The notes under the pieces were generated by a model. The model searched no databases. It was given only the letters and a program-made list of their open reading frames with translations, and was not told the origin of the DNA. A stretch of 59,548 nt of DNA from an uncultured virus (IMG/VR IMGVR_UViG_3300022851_000011) (taxonomy: Duplodnaviria > Heunggongvirae > Uroviricota > Caudoviricetes): positions 62,001-121,548 of the IMG/VR virus record IMGVR_UViG_3300022851_000011; one strand, written 5' to 3'. A program made the position numbers and the translations under genes. Positions 19,691 through 29,493 of this stretch are shown here, one piece after another. Numbering within the stretch: position 1 is the stretch's first letter; each line of letters begins with the position of its first letter.

Positions 19691-19948
19691 TTTAATACTC
19701 CACTACGTAAGATGTGTATGGACATTTCGGGTCAGGAAAATTACCAGTTCGCATCACAATCGGTGTAACTTTAATCACCTGCCGTAAGTTGTAATCGTCT
19801 AACTCAACAACTTCAGTTACAGGCGTAAAGGTTTGATGGACTGTGCCCACCGCCTTCCCAGTTTTTGAAGGGTTTGGTCGTTAGTTGGATTGTCGTGCCT
19901 TTGAAAATATCTCGTTGGTATAACATGGTATTTATTCCTTATGGTGTT

Positions 19949-20362
19949 TTAAGGGTGAAGTGGAAAGTTGCCCAGAACTGCTTTAACCATCGGGTTAGCA
20001 CGATCTGCGAAAACATAAGCACACGTATCAACTGGCAGGAAGTGTGTCGTGTCACCATCCCGTAGAGGGTAGGTTGGATCGTGAACAACACCAGAAACCA
20101 AACCCATAACTTCAGAAGTTTCTACAGCTTGGCGCATCTGCTTTTCGTTAACAGCTAGAACCAGAACAGTGCCGAAACCTTGTTCGGTTTCCAATTTCCA
20201 TTGCGGAAACAATTGACCAAGATTGAAGTCAGGCAACGCTTCGTTAGCATGTTTTACGAAAGCGTTACTTGCGTGACTAGCTTGCGCCATTGCTTTGCCA
20301 GCGTTCATGCTTTCCATGTCATTCCGCATCAGAATGTATAGCGTCGGTAGTGTTTCAGTCAT
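19949..20362 (-). CDS. peptidyl-tRNA hydrolase, Pth2 type
   Basis: YILMRND..MNAGKAMAQASHA, TVLVL, VHDP, L..FPL. Confidence 0.75.
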   Translation of the reverse strand: MTETLPTLYILMRNDMESMNAGKAMAQASHASNAFVKHANEALPDFNLGQLFPQWKLETEQGFGTVLVLAVNEKQMRQAVETSEVMGLVSGVVHDPTYPLRDGDTTHFLPVDTCAYVFADRANPMVKAVLGNFPLHP

Positions 20363-20363
20363 T

Positions 20364-20561
20364 TTATTTTCCTTTCTTTACCATCTCTATTAACGAAAAA
20401 CCCAGTCCAATAATAGTCGCCAGTGCAAATGACGGCAACATAAAGACCCAAACGTACCACGGATCGGGTCCGCCGCATTTACCTTTAGTCTCCCAAGACC
20501 AAAAGAAGAAAACGACAGATGCAACTGTCCAAGTCGTCAGACCTAAAATTAACCAGATCAT
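20364..20561 (-). CDS. small membrane protein
   Basis: two hydrophobic segments. Confidence 0.55.
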   Translation of the reverse strand: MIWLILGLTTWTVASVVFFFWSWETKGKCGGPDPWYVWVFMLPSFALATIIGLGFSLIEMVKKGK

Positions 20562-20776
20562 ATTGCTTGAACTTTAAGCTGTGCAAAATAGCTTTTTGTT
20601 GCTGCGAAGTGCGCAGTACGATTTGGGTTCATCGGGGTAGGGCAACTAATCGTCACCCAATCAATCATATTATGTGCTGCATTCTTGGCCTTGTTGAAAC
20701 TTTTGATGGTTCCAACCAACTGACCAGCTGCGCTTGACCAAGTAACTTTCTGACCTACTTCAAAACCGTTTACCAT
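20558..20776 (-). CDS. hypothetical SH3-like small protein
   Basis: FEVGQKVTW; RBS and upstream sigma70-like promoter. Confidence 0.6.
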   Translation of the reverse strand: MVNGFEVGQKVTWSSAAGQLVGTIKSFNKAKNAAHNMIDWVTISCPTPMNPNRTAHFAATKSYFAQLKVQAI

Positions 20777-20867
20777 GTGTGTATTCCTTTTCCTTATTGT
20801 TCATTAAAGTAACATGGACAATAAGTTAAGTCAAGTCTTTTTTAGACATAAGATAAATCCTTTTCAG

Positions 20868-21041
20868 TCATTTCATTTTCGTGTAAGTCTTTTTATTCCA
20901 TACCCATTCATTTAATCGGGTAGGTGAACAAGTTACGGGTTTTGGCATAAATCGTGATATACACGCACGTGAATAAAAGCAGTTATTACAACTCTTTTCA
21001 AATGATAGTCGCTTCCAAAACAGTTCTTTATCTTTATTCAT
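20868..21041 (-). CDS. KExFW/WEWDG family member
   Basis: MNKDKELFWKRL...CNNC...EWVWN. Confidence 0.75.
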   Translation of the reverse strand: MNKDKELFWKRLSFEKSCNNCFYSRACISRFMPKPVTCSPTRLNEWVWNKKTYTKMK

Positions 21042-21526
21042 TTGGTTACGATTTCCCATAGTTTTTGCCAGTCGCTGCTGTTATATCCCGGTTTATCATA
21101 CTGTTGGTTATAGCCACCCCAAAAGTTTAGTCTACCCTTCTCGTTAACCTTACTAAACGTTCCAGCAACAAACCCTCCACCAATCAGCGCAAGATATTGT
21201 GTACTATCTGTTTTGATATCAGGATGGCTATCTTTTCCACCAGCAAGCATATCTACTTCAACAAGTGTTACATTCTTTCTAGTCCACGTGTCATAATCAC
21301 GCCGCCGTTGTTCAGCCCGCTGTTCATTTTCAATATTAATACGATCAATGTATGACGGAAGGTTAGGAAACCGTTTTATAATACTGTTAAAAGTATGATG
21401 ATGTTCGGCTTCCCGTAGATTAGAATACCCAAACCATTTTTCAAGTTCAAGTCCGAACTCTTCGGTATTCCAATAATCACGGCGTATCGGTGCTTGCAAT
21501 GCTTCCCAAAACTTTTCTTTATTCAT
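21038..21526 (-). CDS. KExFW N-terminal motif fused to unrelated domain
   Basis: MNKEKFWEALQAP then ~150 aa without CxxC. Confidence 0.7.
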   Translation of the reverse strand: MNKEKFWEALQAPIRRDYWNTEEFGLELEKWFGYSNLREAEHHHTFNSIIKRFPNLPSYIDRINIENEQRAEQRRRDYDTWTRKNVTLVEVDMLAGGKDSHPDIKTDSTQYLALIGGGFVAGTFSKVNEKGRLNFWGGYNQQYDKPGYNSSDWQKLWEIVTK

Positions 21527-21693
21527 TTGTCGCCGTTCCATTCCCAGTTATCTTCTTGATAACTAAGGGTTGCCATAATTTCTGGATCGTGTTCGTGACA
21601 CGTCACACACCAATTCTCGTATTTGAACTTGCAATTAAAGCAACCTTTTTTAGTAGGCTCACTTAACGCATTGATAAACTCAGTCTTATTCAT
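21523..21693 (-). CDS. KExFW/WEWDG family member (not in ORF track)
   Basis: MNKTEFINALSEPTKKGCFNC...CHEHDPE...DNWEWNGDK, 56 aa. Confidence 0.75.
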   Translation of the reverse strand: MNKTEFINALSEPTKKGCFNCKFKYENWCVTCHEHDPEIMATLSYQEDNWEWNGDK

Positions 21694-22031
21694 TTATCAC
21701 GTCTTCCTTTATGTCTACCCATTTTCGCCTTTGCTTGACGGGCACGTTTGCCTTCAAGTTTGTTCGGAATGTGCTCTCGGGTGCTTAGAATCTCATACAC
21801 CGCATCGGATACACCTTCCCGACTATGATATTCATCATCATCACTATACTCATTCCTAAAATAACCATATCGCATATTGAGAAGCGCTTTGGTAGGTGTG
21901 TCTTTAAACTCTTTCAGCGCATTTCTCTTCGCCCTTTTATATTTTTTGGCATATTCACGACGCCGTTTCTCGAATTCAATGTCATTACTTGAAGCCGTTA
22001 ATCCAAATATAAAATCTTCTTTACATATCAT
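21690..22031 (-). CDS. hypothetical basic protein
   Basis: L..REHIPNK.E.K..RQ.KAK motif. Confidence 0.6.
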   Translation of the reverse strand: MICKEDFIFGLTASSNDIEFEKRRREYAKKYKRAKRNALKEFKDTPTKALLNMRYGYFRNEYSDDDEYHSREGVSDAVYEILSTREHIPNKLEGKRARQAKAKMGRHKGRRDK

Positions 22032-22255
22032 CGGTCATTGTCCTCTGTGTTAACTCCATCCCATTCCCAATGTGGGTATATACTCTTCGGGTGACTGTCA
22101 CTCACCATGCGGGATACAACAATGCATTCATCCTCGTCCTGTAGTAGCACCCTCCCACAACTTTCGGCACCATCTGGTTCTAAGTGCTTACATGTGCCGC
22201 ACCCGATTTCAGGCGATACCATTGATTCCCAAAACTGTTCTTTATCTTTATTCAT
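22028..22255 (-). CDS. KExFW/WEWDG family member
   Basis: MNKDKEQFWESM.SP..GCGTC...HWEWDG. Confidence 0.8.
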   Translation of the reverse strand: MNKDKEQFWESMVSPEIGCGTCKHLEPDGAESCGRVLLQDEDECIVVSRMVSDSHPKSIYPHWEWDGVNTEDNDR

Positions 22256-22455
22256 TTGTCGCCGTTCCATTCCCAGTTGTCTTCTGGATACAGGTCAGGT
22301 TTATTTATCATTTCTGGATCGTGTTCGTGACACTTCCCACACTTGTTATTATATCCATCCTCTGGCATTGTGCCAGACCGTCTGGCAAACTTACAGTTCA
22401 GACAACTTTTATCATACGGTTCAGATAAAGCCTTGATAAACTCATTCTTATTCAT
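22252..22455 (-). CDS. KExFW/WEWDG family member
   Basis: MNKNEFIKALSEP...CLNC...DNWEWNGDK. Confidence 0.8.
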   Translation of the reverse strand: MNKNEFIKALSEPYDKSCLNCKFARRSGTMPEDGYNNKCGKCHEHDPEMINKPDLYPEDNWEWNGDK

Positions 22456-22651
22456 CAAAAGTTCCATCCCATTCCCAAAAAGGATAAGTTTGGACCACAT
22501 TAATAAGAAATATAGCGCATTCTTCTTCGCCAGTTTCACGTAGACGATAGCATGTATCATTAAAATACTCTCGGTGTCTACAGTTAGAACAACGAGGTTC
22601 TGGTATCGGATTGGTTAAAATATTCCAAAACTGGTGTTCTTTTTTATTCAT
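22448..22651 (-). CDS. KExFW/WEWDG family member
   Basis: MNKKEHQFWNILTNP...CSNC...FWEWDG. Confidence 0.8.
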   Translation of the reverse strand: MNKKEHQFWNILTNPIPEPRCSNCRHREYFNDTCYRLRETGEEECAIFLINVVQTYPFWEWDGTFDE

Positions 22652-22693
22652 TGATAAAAGATAACAGAATAGATTGATTATGTCAAGGGGTTA

Positions 22694-23260
22694 TTATTGT
22701 GGGTTGACGGCACGGAAACAACTAAGGGAGCCTCGTCCAATCTGTCCCGTGATTACCCAAGTGCCGAACAATGCTTTGATAGTATCGTCCTGATAGCTAA
22801 ATGATAACCACGTGATGCCTGTTGCTTGGGTAGGTGTTTGAAAGATAAAGATTAGTTTCTTTGGCGTTACAATAACTTCTTCGGCTTGCCAAAACTTATT
22901 TGAATCTATGACTTGTCCAGTTAATGACAGCTTTCCGCCGCTATTCATATTAATGGATAGTGCGCTTTCAATGGTTGTGTTTACTTTATCTTCATTAAGG
23001 GAGTTTATTATTGTACCATTGCAAATCCAGTTACCTTCAAGATCGTGCCGAATAGGCTCTAATGGATCACTATACATATTATTGTATGATGTGAAAGCTA
23101 CGCCCAATAAAATAAAATAGGCGGCGATTGAGCCACCTAGTTTAATGCCTTGGCTAGTGTTTTTGAACGAGCTATTACTTTGCAACACCTTGTGGGTTAC
23201 ATAGGTCGGAATAAGGGGCACTAACGTAATGATTACCCAAATAATAAGTTTCTCGTACAT
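22694..23260 (-). CDS. two-TM membrane protein with beta-rich C-terminal domain
   Basis: two N-terminal hydrophobic helices; TAAATA motif upstream. Confidence 0.65.
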   Translation of the reverse strand: MYEKLIIWVIITLVPLIPTYVTHKVLQSNSSFKNTSQGIKLGGSIAAYFILLGVAFTSYNNMYSDPLEPIRHDLEGNWICNGTIINSLNEDKVNTTIESALSINMNSGGKLSLTGQVIDSNKFWQAEEVIVTPKKLIFIFQTPTQATGITWLSFSYQDDTIKALFGTWVITGQIGRGSLSCFRAVNPQ

Positions 23261-23281
23261 ACATATATTTAGGTATTTTCG

Positions 23282-23482
23282 TCATTTTCCATCCCGTTCC
23301 CATTGGCGTAACCATGGGTGTCCGTACTTACATGTCGTAGCGGAGTCTTTATCCATTAGTTCTGTGCAGATACACGAGTTATCACTGATGTAATATATAC
23401 ATATGATGTATTAAAATGCTTGCAGTTGCTATAACCACGGCGATGGCAGACTTAACGCTTCCCAAAATGCATCCTTATTCAT
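23282..23482 (-). pseudogene. frameshifted KExFW/WEWDG family copy
   Basis: MNKDAFWEAL..P then frame break; ends QWERDGK. Confidence 0.6.
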
Positions 23483-23685
23483 TCCAATAGCTCATATCTT
23501 CTTATCTTCCACATCTTACATTTCTCAGGAACATAGTGATTTTGAAATATTTGGCTTTTCTCGTGACAAAACACTTGAAAATGATCTGGATTGTTATCAT
23601 CAAGCGTTCGGTATATCTTTGCGAACCGACAGTCCTCGCAATCTTGATTACTTTTTAACGCTTCCCAGAACTCTTCTTTATCCAT
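23479..23685 (-). CDS. KExFW family member
   Basis: MDKEEFWEAL...CEDC...CKMW. Confidence 0.72.
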   Translation of the reverse strand: MDKEEFWEALKSNQDCEDCRFAKIYRTLDDNNPDHFQVFCHEKSQIFQNHYVPEKCKMWKIRRYELLE

Positions 23686-24034
23686 TGCGATGGATAACAG
23701 GCGTCCAATGGTCAGGAACACTTAACTGCAACTCTTTCACACGTTGTTCCATATGGTCATAAAATGAATCTATCTCTCCTCCCCATTTACCACGAAGATT
23801 AGATACACAATCCAATACAAAGTTCCATTGCTGTGTTTTGTAGCCATTAATCATCTTGGCGTGAAACTCTTTCCAATGGTCCATTTGTGGTAAATCACCA
23901 AGACTAATATTTTCTGCACTGATTACTGACCACGCCGGGAGTTCTTCGCCTTCTACCATAAACGTGTCAAGTTCAAGCACGATATACTTGTCGCCAAACA
24001 TTTCGCTTACATCTTCACCGTATACTACTTTCAT
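23678..24034 (-). CDS. conserved hypothetical phage protein
   Basis: YIVLELDT, L.GKWGGE.DSFY. Confidence 0.65.
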   Translation of the reverse strand: MKVVYGEDVSEMFGDKYIVLELDTFMVEGEELPAWSVISAENISLGDLPQMDHWKEFHAKMINGYKTQQWNFVLDCVSNLRGKWGGEIDSFYDHMEQRVKELQLSVPDHWTPVIHRNG

Positions 24035-24219
24035 TTATTCATTTCCTCATCAGCTAAATCCCTGATATGATATGAAAGCGCACCCATCAATAGCATCATC
24101 AATAAGATATGCACCGACATCATCGACATTGGAATTATTCCTAAAATAAGACAACTAACAATCGATGTGACCATCACCAATGCTGATGAAATAAGAGTAA
24201 AGTATAAACAGTAAATCAT
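24031..24219 (-). CDS. small membrane protein
   Basis: hydrophobic ORF coupled to neighbours. Confidence 0.5.
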   Translation of the reverse strand: MIYCLYFTLISSALVMVTSIVSCLILGIIPMSMMSVHILLMMLLMGALSYHIRDLADEEMNK

Positions 24220-24740
24220 GTGTATTTTCCTTGTGCTAAAACAGTTTCCAATATACGCTTCGGTGCCATTGCATCGCCATCAACTTCAACAAACGGAAGA
24301 TTATTGTCAATAAGAAGTTGTTTGATATCATCGTCAGCCTGACGTGCTTCTTGTTCGTTCTGATTACGACCGTTTGGATTATATTTTTTAGTTCGATTAA
24401 TCCAAATGTTTAGATTGTCATACGAATTAAAAAGTTCTAATGCAAATGTCGGAAATGTCAGTGGATGATAATTCGGCATATAATACAGCCCCAATAACAA
24501 TGGCGAGTCAGTAATACACCAGTTCACTTGATCCTGCAATACCATCATACGACTGTTCTGTTTGGCAGTCACATATAACTGATCTTTAAGAGTGTTATGT
24601 CGCTTTTGCCACACAAGTTTCTTAGCATATTCGGTGACAAGTTCAACTTCCATATCCCTTGTCTTCATTTCGAAGAAAAGACCCGAAGCAGTAGTGGACT
24701 TACCTGCGCCCGGACCCGCCCATAAATTTATACATTTCAT
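24216..24740 (-). CDS. P-loop NTPase/kinase (NadR/AAA_28-like)
   Basis: GPGAGKST Walker A, VTEYAK, ITDSPL, GRNQ. Confidence 0.8.
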   Translation of the reverse strand: MKCINLWAGPGAGKSTTASGLFFEMKTRDMEVELVTEYAKKLVWQKRHNTLKDQLYVTAKQNSRMMVLQDQVNWCITDSPLLLGLYYMPNYHPLTFPTFALELFNSYDNLNIWINRTKKYNPNGRNQNEQEARQADDDIKQLLIDNNLPFVEVDGDAMAPKRILETVLAQGKYT

Positions 24741-24934
24741 GCTTTCACCACCTTGTATCCATTTTCTTTCAAGGCTTCTGCAATATTCATCGCAAAGTAA
24801 TGTAAGTCACCCATTGCATCAACGTGCTTCTGAACCACCTCAACTTCTTTGTCTGGCATACCGCCAGATGAACACGTTTTTAGATAAGCCTTTGCTGCAT
24901 TCTTACAGGCTTCATCCATATAACTATCCATCAC
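24737..24934 (-). CDS. hypothetical protein
   Basis: ATGA-coupled ORF. Confidence 0.5.
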   Translation of the reverse strand: MMDSYMDEACKNAAKAYLKTCSSGGMPDKEVEVVQKHVDAMGDLHYFAMNIAEALKENGYKVVKA

Positions 24935-25233
24935 GATGGCTCTACTTTGACTTGAAGTGGAAAACCAAGCGCACGGGCTTCAAGTGTTACTTCGACGCCT
25001 TTCTGTTCGGCAATCTCGTATGGTAGCGTGGCGACAACCGCGGAATCTTCTTCGTGGATTTCAGCCATCTTAGTAATCGCACGTTCATCATCATAATCAA
25101 AATGACGCATAAGCGTATCGATAACGAACTGCATTGTTGTTGCATCGTCGTTTAAATAAATCACGTTGAACATAGAAGGTTCTTTAACTCTTACCTTCGT
25201 TTTTGTAGCAATCGCAATATCTGAATCAGTCAT
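24931..25233 (-). CDS. clpS: ATP-dependent Clp protease adaptor ClpS
   Basis: VIYLNDD.TTMQFV, IHEE..AVV, EIAEQK, GFPL.V.VE. Confidence 0.92.
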   Translation of the reverse strand: MTDSDIAIATKTKVRVKEPSMFNVIYLNDDATTMQFVIDTLMRHFDYDDERAITKMAEIHEEDSAVVATLPYEIAEQKGVEVTLEARALGFPLQVKVEPS

Positions 25234-25240
25234 TATTACC

Positions 25241-25729
25241 TCATTGGTTTTTAGGAATACGTTGTTGATGTGGAAAATCATATACTTTTAAAGAGTTTTC
25301 ACTGTCACGTGACATGCCTTGGTTCTTATTTCCTTTGGATTTGTTTGAACGTTCAAACTTACCCATCTGTCGCACACCTTTGTCAGCTTTCTTCTTAGCA
25401 GCATCAAGTGCCTTTTTCGCATTTTCATCATATGGGAAACGATACAGACGATCACCATCATCATTCCGAACCCATAACACAATAGTCTTTGTTTCGTCCA
25501 CACGATGTGACACGATTTGAAATTCACCTACTGGATAACCATCATAAGGATATCCGAATAGATTTATTGTATCACTTATAGTAACATACAGAAGTAGGAA
25601 TGTCAATGGTACAATCGTCATTTTTCTAGTTAATGTTAAGGTTGACTTAGCTACCAGCATTAAAAATACAATAGTTAATGCAACCCAAATACTAACCAAT
25701 GCGCCTGTCGTTGTTAAAAAGAATTCCAT
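25241..25729 (-). CDS. membrane protein, third gene of ExbB/MotA-like cluster
   Basis: two TM helices, GYP, RLYRFPY. Confidence 0.6.
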   Translation of the reverse strand: MEFFLTTTGALVSIWVALTIVFLMLVAKSTLTLTRKMTIVPLTFLLLYVTISDTINLFGYPYDGYPVGEFQIVSHRVDETKTIVLWVRNDDGDRLYRFPYDENAKKALDAAKKKADKGVRQMGKFERSNKSKGNKNQGMSRDSENSLKVYDFPHQQRIPKNQ

Positions 25730-26386
25730 TTAATTTCCTGTGTCGGGTGTCTCGTGTACGATGGCATCACTGCGAAACTTCGCTACCTGCTCAGTAACCC
25801 ATTCCTCTTGTTCAGTAGTAAATGCCTTTGCCAATCCCATGCCACTCATTGTAAACTTAAACGCCGTTTGTTCTTGACCTACTATTGTCATTATAACAGT
25901 TCTCTTAGCCATAAGTCTATATGGATTTATACGTATCACTTCAATCTCGACAGGCACAACGTCTAGGCTATCATCTTTCGTTGAATACCAATGAATGCTA
26001 ATAGTATACTCGCCTTCTATTGTTTGGCGAATAGCAATAGCCTCAGTATTCATAGGATTTACAACTTCGACACCATCCAATACAAGCTTGTCATTCGTTT
26101 GTCCGAGATCATCACGGTCAAGATGCATCGTTTCATTATCACGTGCACGAAAGCTAACAGCGCCATGGGTATTTTTTGCCCATAGGTCAATGTCATTCGT
26201 GTCACCATCTGGCCACGTCATAGTAATCATATACTCAGCCTTTGGATCAATCGATTTCTTTTTAGTAGGGGGATTCATCATGATGAATGCAATAATAAAC
26301 AAACAAACAAAACTGATTAATAGATTGAATAGTAAGTCATTGAAGCCAACGACTGTTCCTGATCGCTTATTTCTCTGATACTTCAT
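25730..26386 (-). CDS. ExbD/MotB-like single-TM partner protein
   Basis: FNDLLFN TM helix with conserved Asp; DIDLW, LDRDDLG. Confidence 0.6.
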   Translation of the reverse strand: MKYQRNKRSGTVVGFNDLLFNLLISFVCLFIIAFIMMNPPTKKKSIDPKAEYMITMTWPDGDTNDIDLWAKNTHGAVSFRARDNETMHLDRDDLGQTNDKLVLDGVEVVNPMNTEAIAIRQTIEGEYTISIHWYSTKDDSLDVVPVEIEVIRINPYRLMAKRTVIMTIVGQEQTAFKFTMSGMGLAKAFTTEQEEWVTEQVAKFRSDAIVHETPDTGN

Positions 26387-26846
26387 CGTCTTCCCAACTG
26401 CTTTCAATAACCTGTATTTGAAGCTTGGTTAACAAGTATCCAATAAGACCCATAAGCGTAGTGGTTAATGCTGTGCCGATACCCACTGCCATATCAACAA
26501 TAACAGCCTGTAAGTTCTCGGTATTTTCTACATCAATGTTAGTAAATGCATCGCCAAATAACATAATAAAACCAGCAACCGTTCCGATCATTCCAAGCGT
26601 TAGCATTGCATCACATGAAAACCATACATACTCGCCTTGTCTATCCAGAAACTTAGTATCTTTTCTTTTAGCAATGATGCCACACGATATGGTCGCAAAT
26701 AGATATACAGCAATGATTACCATTGAAATCTTGGTTTGGTCAGCATACCATAAGGCTTCCCACCATCCAAGATGTGATGCCATAACGGCACCGAACATAA
26801 CCACTACGGTTTGAATCCACCATTTCAATAGAATATTGTTTTGCAT
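26367..26846 (-). CDS. MotA/TolQ/ExbB proton-channel family protein
   Basis: LGMIGTVAGFI, GIGTALTTTLMGL. Confidence 0.85.
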   Translation of the reverse strand: MQNNILLKWWIQTVVVMFGAVMASHLGWWEALWYADQTKISMVIIAVYLFATISCGIIAKRKDTKFLDRQGEYVWFSCDAMLTLGMIGTVAGFIMLFGDAFTNIDVENTENLQAVIVDMAVGIGTALTTTLMGLIGYLLTKLQIQVIESSWEDDEVSEK

Positions 26847-26892
26847 AACTAGTCCTTAATGTACATATATAATGTATTTATACAAAAGGAAA

Positions 26893-26918
26893 AGGGACAG
26901 GCTTTTACACCTGTCCCT
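26893..26918 (-). terminator. intrinsic terminator after hsp20
   Basis: AGGGACAGG...CCTGTCCCT followed by T-run. Confidence 0.65.
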
Positions 26919-26937
26919 CATTATTTTCGCTAACGGA

Positions 26938-27375
26938 TTATCCTTTGTATTCAATCTTAATGGTACGTGGTTGTAGTTCTTCGGGAACCTCACGAACCAA
27001 CTTAATCGTTAACATACCATTTTCTACAACTGCGCCAGCCACTTGAACGTGTTCAGCCAGTCTAAAGATGCGTTCAAACTTACGGTTTGAAATACCTTTG
27101 TGTAGATAGTTACGTTGTTCATCCGATTCTGATTCATTCTGAAGGACACCACGGATAATAAGTTCACCATTGTGTTCTTCAAGCGTTACCTCATCTTTCC
27201 CGAAACCAGCTACTGCGACTTCAACCGTGTAGGCATTTTCGTTTTCGCTGATTACGTTATATGGCGGATAACCCGCCGTTGATTGAACAGTTCCCGATGC
27301 ACGTTCCAGTTCATTAAAAATACTGTCGAATCCAAGAAAGTTAGGTAAGTTTCTGCGTGATAGTGTAGTTTTCAT
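26938..27375 (-). CDS. small heat-shock protein (IbpA/Hsp20)
   Basis: GYPPYNV, EVAVAGF, YLHKGIS.R.F.R.F.LA, NGML.I. Confidence 0.93.
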   Translation of the reverse strand: MKTTLSRRNLPNFLGFDSIFNELERASGTVQSTAGYPPYNVISENENAYTVEVAVAGFGKDEVTLEEHNGELIIRGVLQNESESDEQRNYLHKGISNRKFERIFRLAEHVQVAGAVVENGMLTIKLVREVPEELQPRTIKIEYKG

Positions 27376-27513
27376 TTTGCTATACTCCTTTGTTATAAGC
27401 AAGTAATGTGTGTAAGCCCAAACCATTTGGCACCTACTAAAATGGAACTTGATTTGCTACGCTGGCACAATGTTCCAAAGCCTCGATTGCAACGCCCGTA
27501 ATGGCACGTTGTC
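27376..27513 (-). promoter_or_regulatory. structured hsp20 leader with ROSE-like RBS-occluding hairpin
   Basis: ACTTGCT...AGGAGT pairing over the RBS; two upstream GTGCC...GGGC hairpins. Confidence 0.5.
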
Positions 27514-27718
27514 ATCATTATTTATCTTAGCCAGTTGTGAACACAATATTCAATTACCAAATATTAACCAATGAACACAATATCCGACTAGAAATCCGAT
27601 TACGAATGTCATTTGTAACTCTCCCATTTAACATATATATGGTCACACACAGGACATCCAGTTGGTCCCGCTGGACCAGTATATTGATGATTGCATTGCA
27701 AACATCTATATTGTTCGA

Positions 27719-27970
27719 TTAGCATTTTTCCAAGTTTGTATCGGCTACCGTGCCATCAGCACTCTTCTGCTTAAAGAATACACGATTGCCTACATAACGT
27801 GGATGAACACCAAGTGGTCCAAACTGATAGACACCTTCGGTAGATGGCGTATCAACCTTATGACAACCAATATATTCATACTCTGTCGTTCCGCCTACGT
27901 TAGTAAACGGAAAGTTATTAGCACAACCCGAAAGGGCTACTAATGCCACTACTGCGATTAATGTTTTCAT
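27719..27970 (-). CDS. lipoprotein
   Basis: MKTLIAVVALVALSGC lipobox. Confidence 0.65.
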   Translation of the reverse strand: MKTLIAVVALVALSGCANNFPFTNVGGTTEYEYIGCHKVDTPSTEGVYQFGPLGVHPRYVGNRVFFKQKSADGTVADTNLEKC

Positions 27971-28221
27971 CACCAGCCTCTTTCCAATGTTGCTTCTTGT
28001 GCAGCTTTCTGACAACGGCGAATGGCTGCTGCCTTTCTACGACGACGCTTATCTGTTGGCTTTTCGTAAAACTGTGCTTCACGATAATCTTGAATGATAT
28101 TCTCATTCTGTACCATCTTCTTGAACTTGCGCATCGCATTTGTAATAGCACGACCACGCTGTTCTTCCGTATCGCCGTGACGACTACGAACGTCGATTCT
28201 TGTTCCTTTAAACTCTCTCAT
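27970..28221 (-). CDS. rpsU: ribosomal protein bS21
   Basis: AMRKFKK.VQ.E.II..YRE.QFYEKPT.KRRR.KAAA.RR. Confidence 0.88.
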   Translation of the reverse strand: MREFKGTRIDVRSRHGDTEEQRGRAITNAMRKFKKMVQNENIIQDYREAQFYEKPTDKRRRRKAAAIRRCQKAAQEATLERGW

Positions 28222-28236
28222 TTTTTTCCTATCCGG

Positions 28237-29493
28237 TTATTCGTTTGCTTCTTTATCAGCATAAACAAACTTTACTCTATCATTATACATGATTGTGTCA
28301 TCAGTTACAATAAGTTTTTTCACACCTTCTTCAGCATATGTATATAGATTATACTGATGATGTAATAGAACATCTTCGATAATCTTCTTCAAGCCACGTG
28401 CACCCGTATCCAATGTAACCGCCTTTTCAGCAATAGCCATTAATGCGGATTCAGTGAACTCAAGCGACACACCTTGTAAATCAAAGTAATATTGATACTG
28501 CTCAACAATACTGTTCTTTGTATCGGTCATAATATGAACAAGTTGCTCACTTGTTAAACGCTGGACATTTGTGAATACAGGAAATCTACCTGTGAACTCA
28601 GGGATAAGCCCAAAGTCTACAAAATCGTGTGGCTCAACTTGGTCCAATAGATGCGTATTATCTTCATCCATCTTGTTTACTGACGCACCAAAGCCGATTG
28701 ATGTAGGCTTCTGACGTTTAGCAATAAGTTTATCCAAGCCAACAAATGCTCCACTAACAATGAATAAAATGTTATGTGTATCCACGCTCACCATATCCTG
28801 ACCGGGATGCTTGCGTCCACCTTGCGGGGCAATGCGACACTCAGTGCCTTCTACAAGCTTCAATAATGCTTGCTGAACGCCTTCTCCACTAACATCACGT
28901 GTAATACTGGCATTTTCACCTTTACGTGCAATCTTATCAATCTCATCGATAAAGATAATACCATTCTGTGCCTTTTCTATGTCACCACCAGCAACATGTA
29001 ACAATCGTGACACGATACTTTCTACATCATCACCGACATAACCCGCCTCGGTTAAGGTTGTCGCATCGGTGATAACGAATGGAACTTCAAGATACTCTGC
29101 AATAGCACGTGCCAGCATCGTCTTACCATTGCCAGTCGGACCTGCAATCATAATGTTTGATTTTTCGATTTTCAAGTCTTTTGGTGGGTGATTGATACGT
29201 TTAAAATGATTGGCTACGGCTACACTTAATGCGATTTTAGCATTGTCTTGTGACACTACGTATTGGTCAAGGTGTGCTTTAATCATGATGGGATTAAGAT
29301 GATCCTTGCTGATAAGAGATTTCTTTATCTTAGCATAACGATCATCTTCTAATATGTCGTGACAAAGATCAACACATTCGTTACAAATGCTTGTTTCATT
29401 ACCGACAATGAGTTTATCTACTTCATTTCGATTCTTGCCGCAGAAATCACATTCTAAGTTTTTAGTCTTATCACTGTCTTTGTCTTTGCTCAT
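28237..29493 (-). CDS. clpX: ATP-dependent Clp protease ATP-binding subunit ClpX
   Basis: CDFC zinc finger, [47 protein letters not shown] loop. Confidence 0.96.
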   Translation of the reverse strand: MSKDKDSDKTKNLECDFCGKNRNEVDKLIVGNETSICNECVDLCHDILEDDRYAKIKKSLISKDHLNPIMIKAHLDQYVVSQDNAKIALSVAVANHFKRINHPPKDLKIEKSNIMIAGPTGNGKTMLARAIAEYLEVPFVITDATTLTEAGYVGDDVESIVSRLLHVAGGDIEKAQNGIIFIDEIDKIARKGENASITRDVSGEGVQQALLKLVEGTECRIAPQGGRKHPGQDMVSVDTHNILFIVSGAFVGLDKLIAKRQKPTSIGFGASVNKMDEDNTHLLDQVEPHDFVDFGLIPEFTGRFPVFTNVQRLTSEQLVHIMTDTKNSIVEQYQYYFDLQGVSLEFTESALMAIAEKAVTLDTGARGLKKIIEDVLLHHQYNLYTYAEEGVKKLIVTDDTIMYNDRVKFVYADKEANE

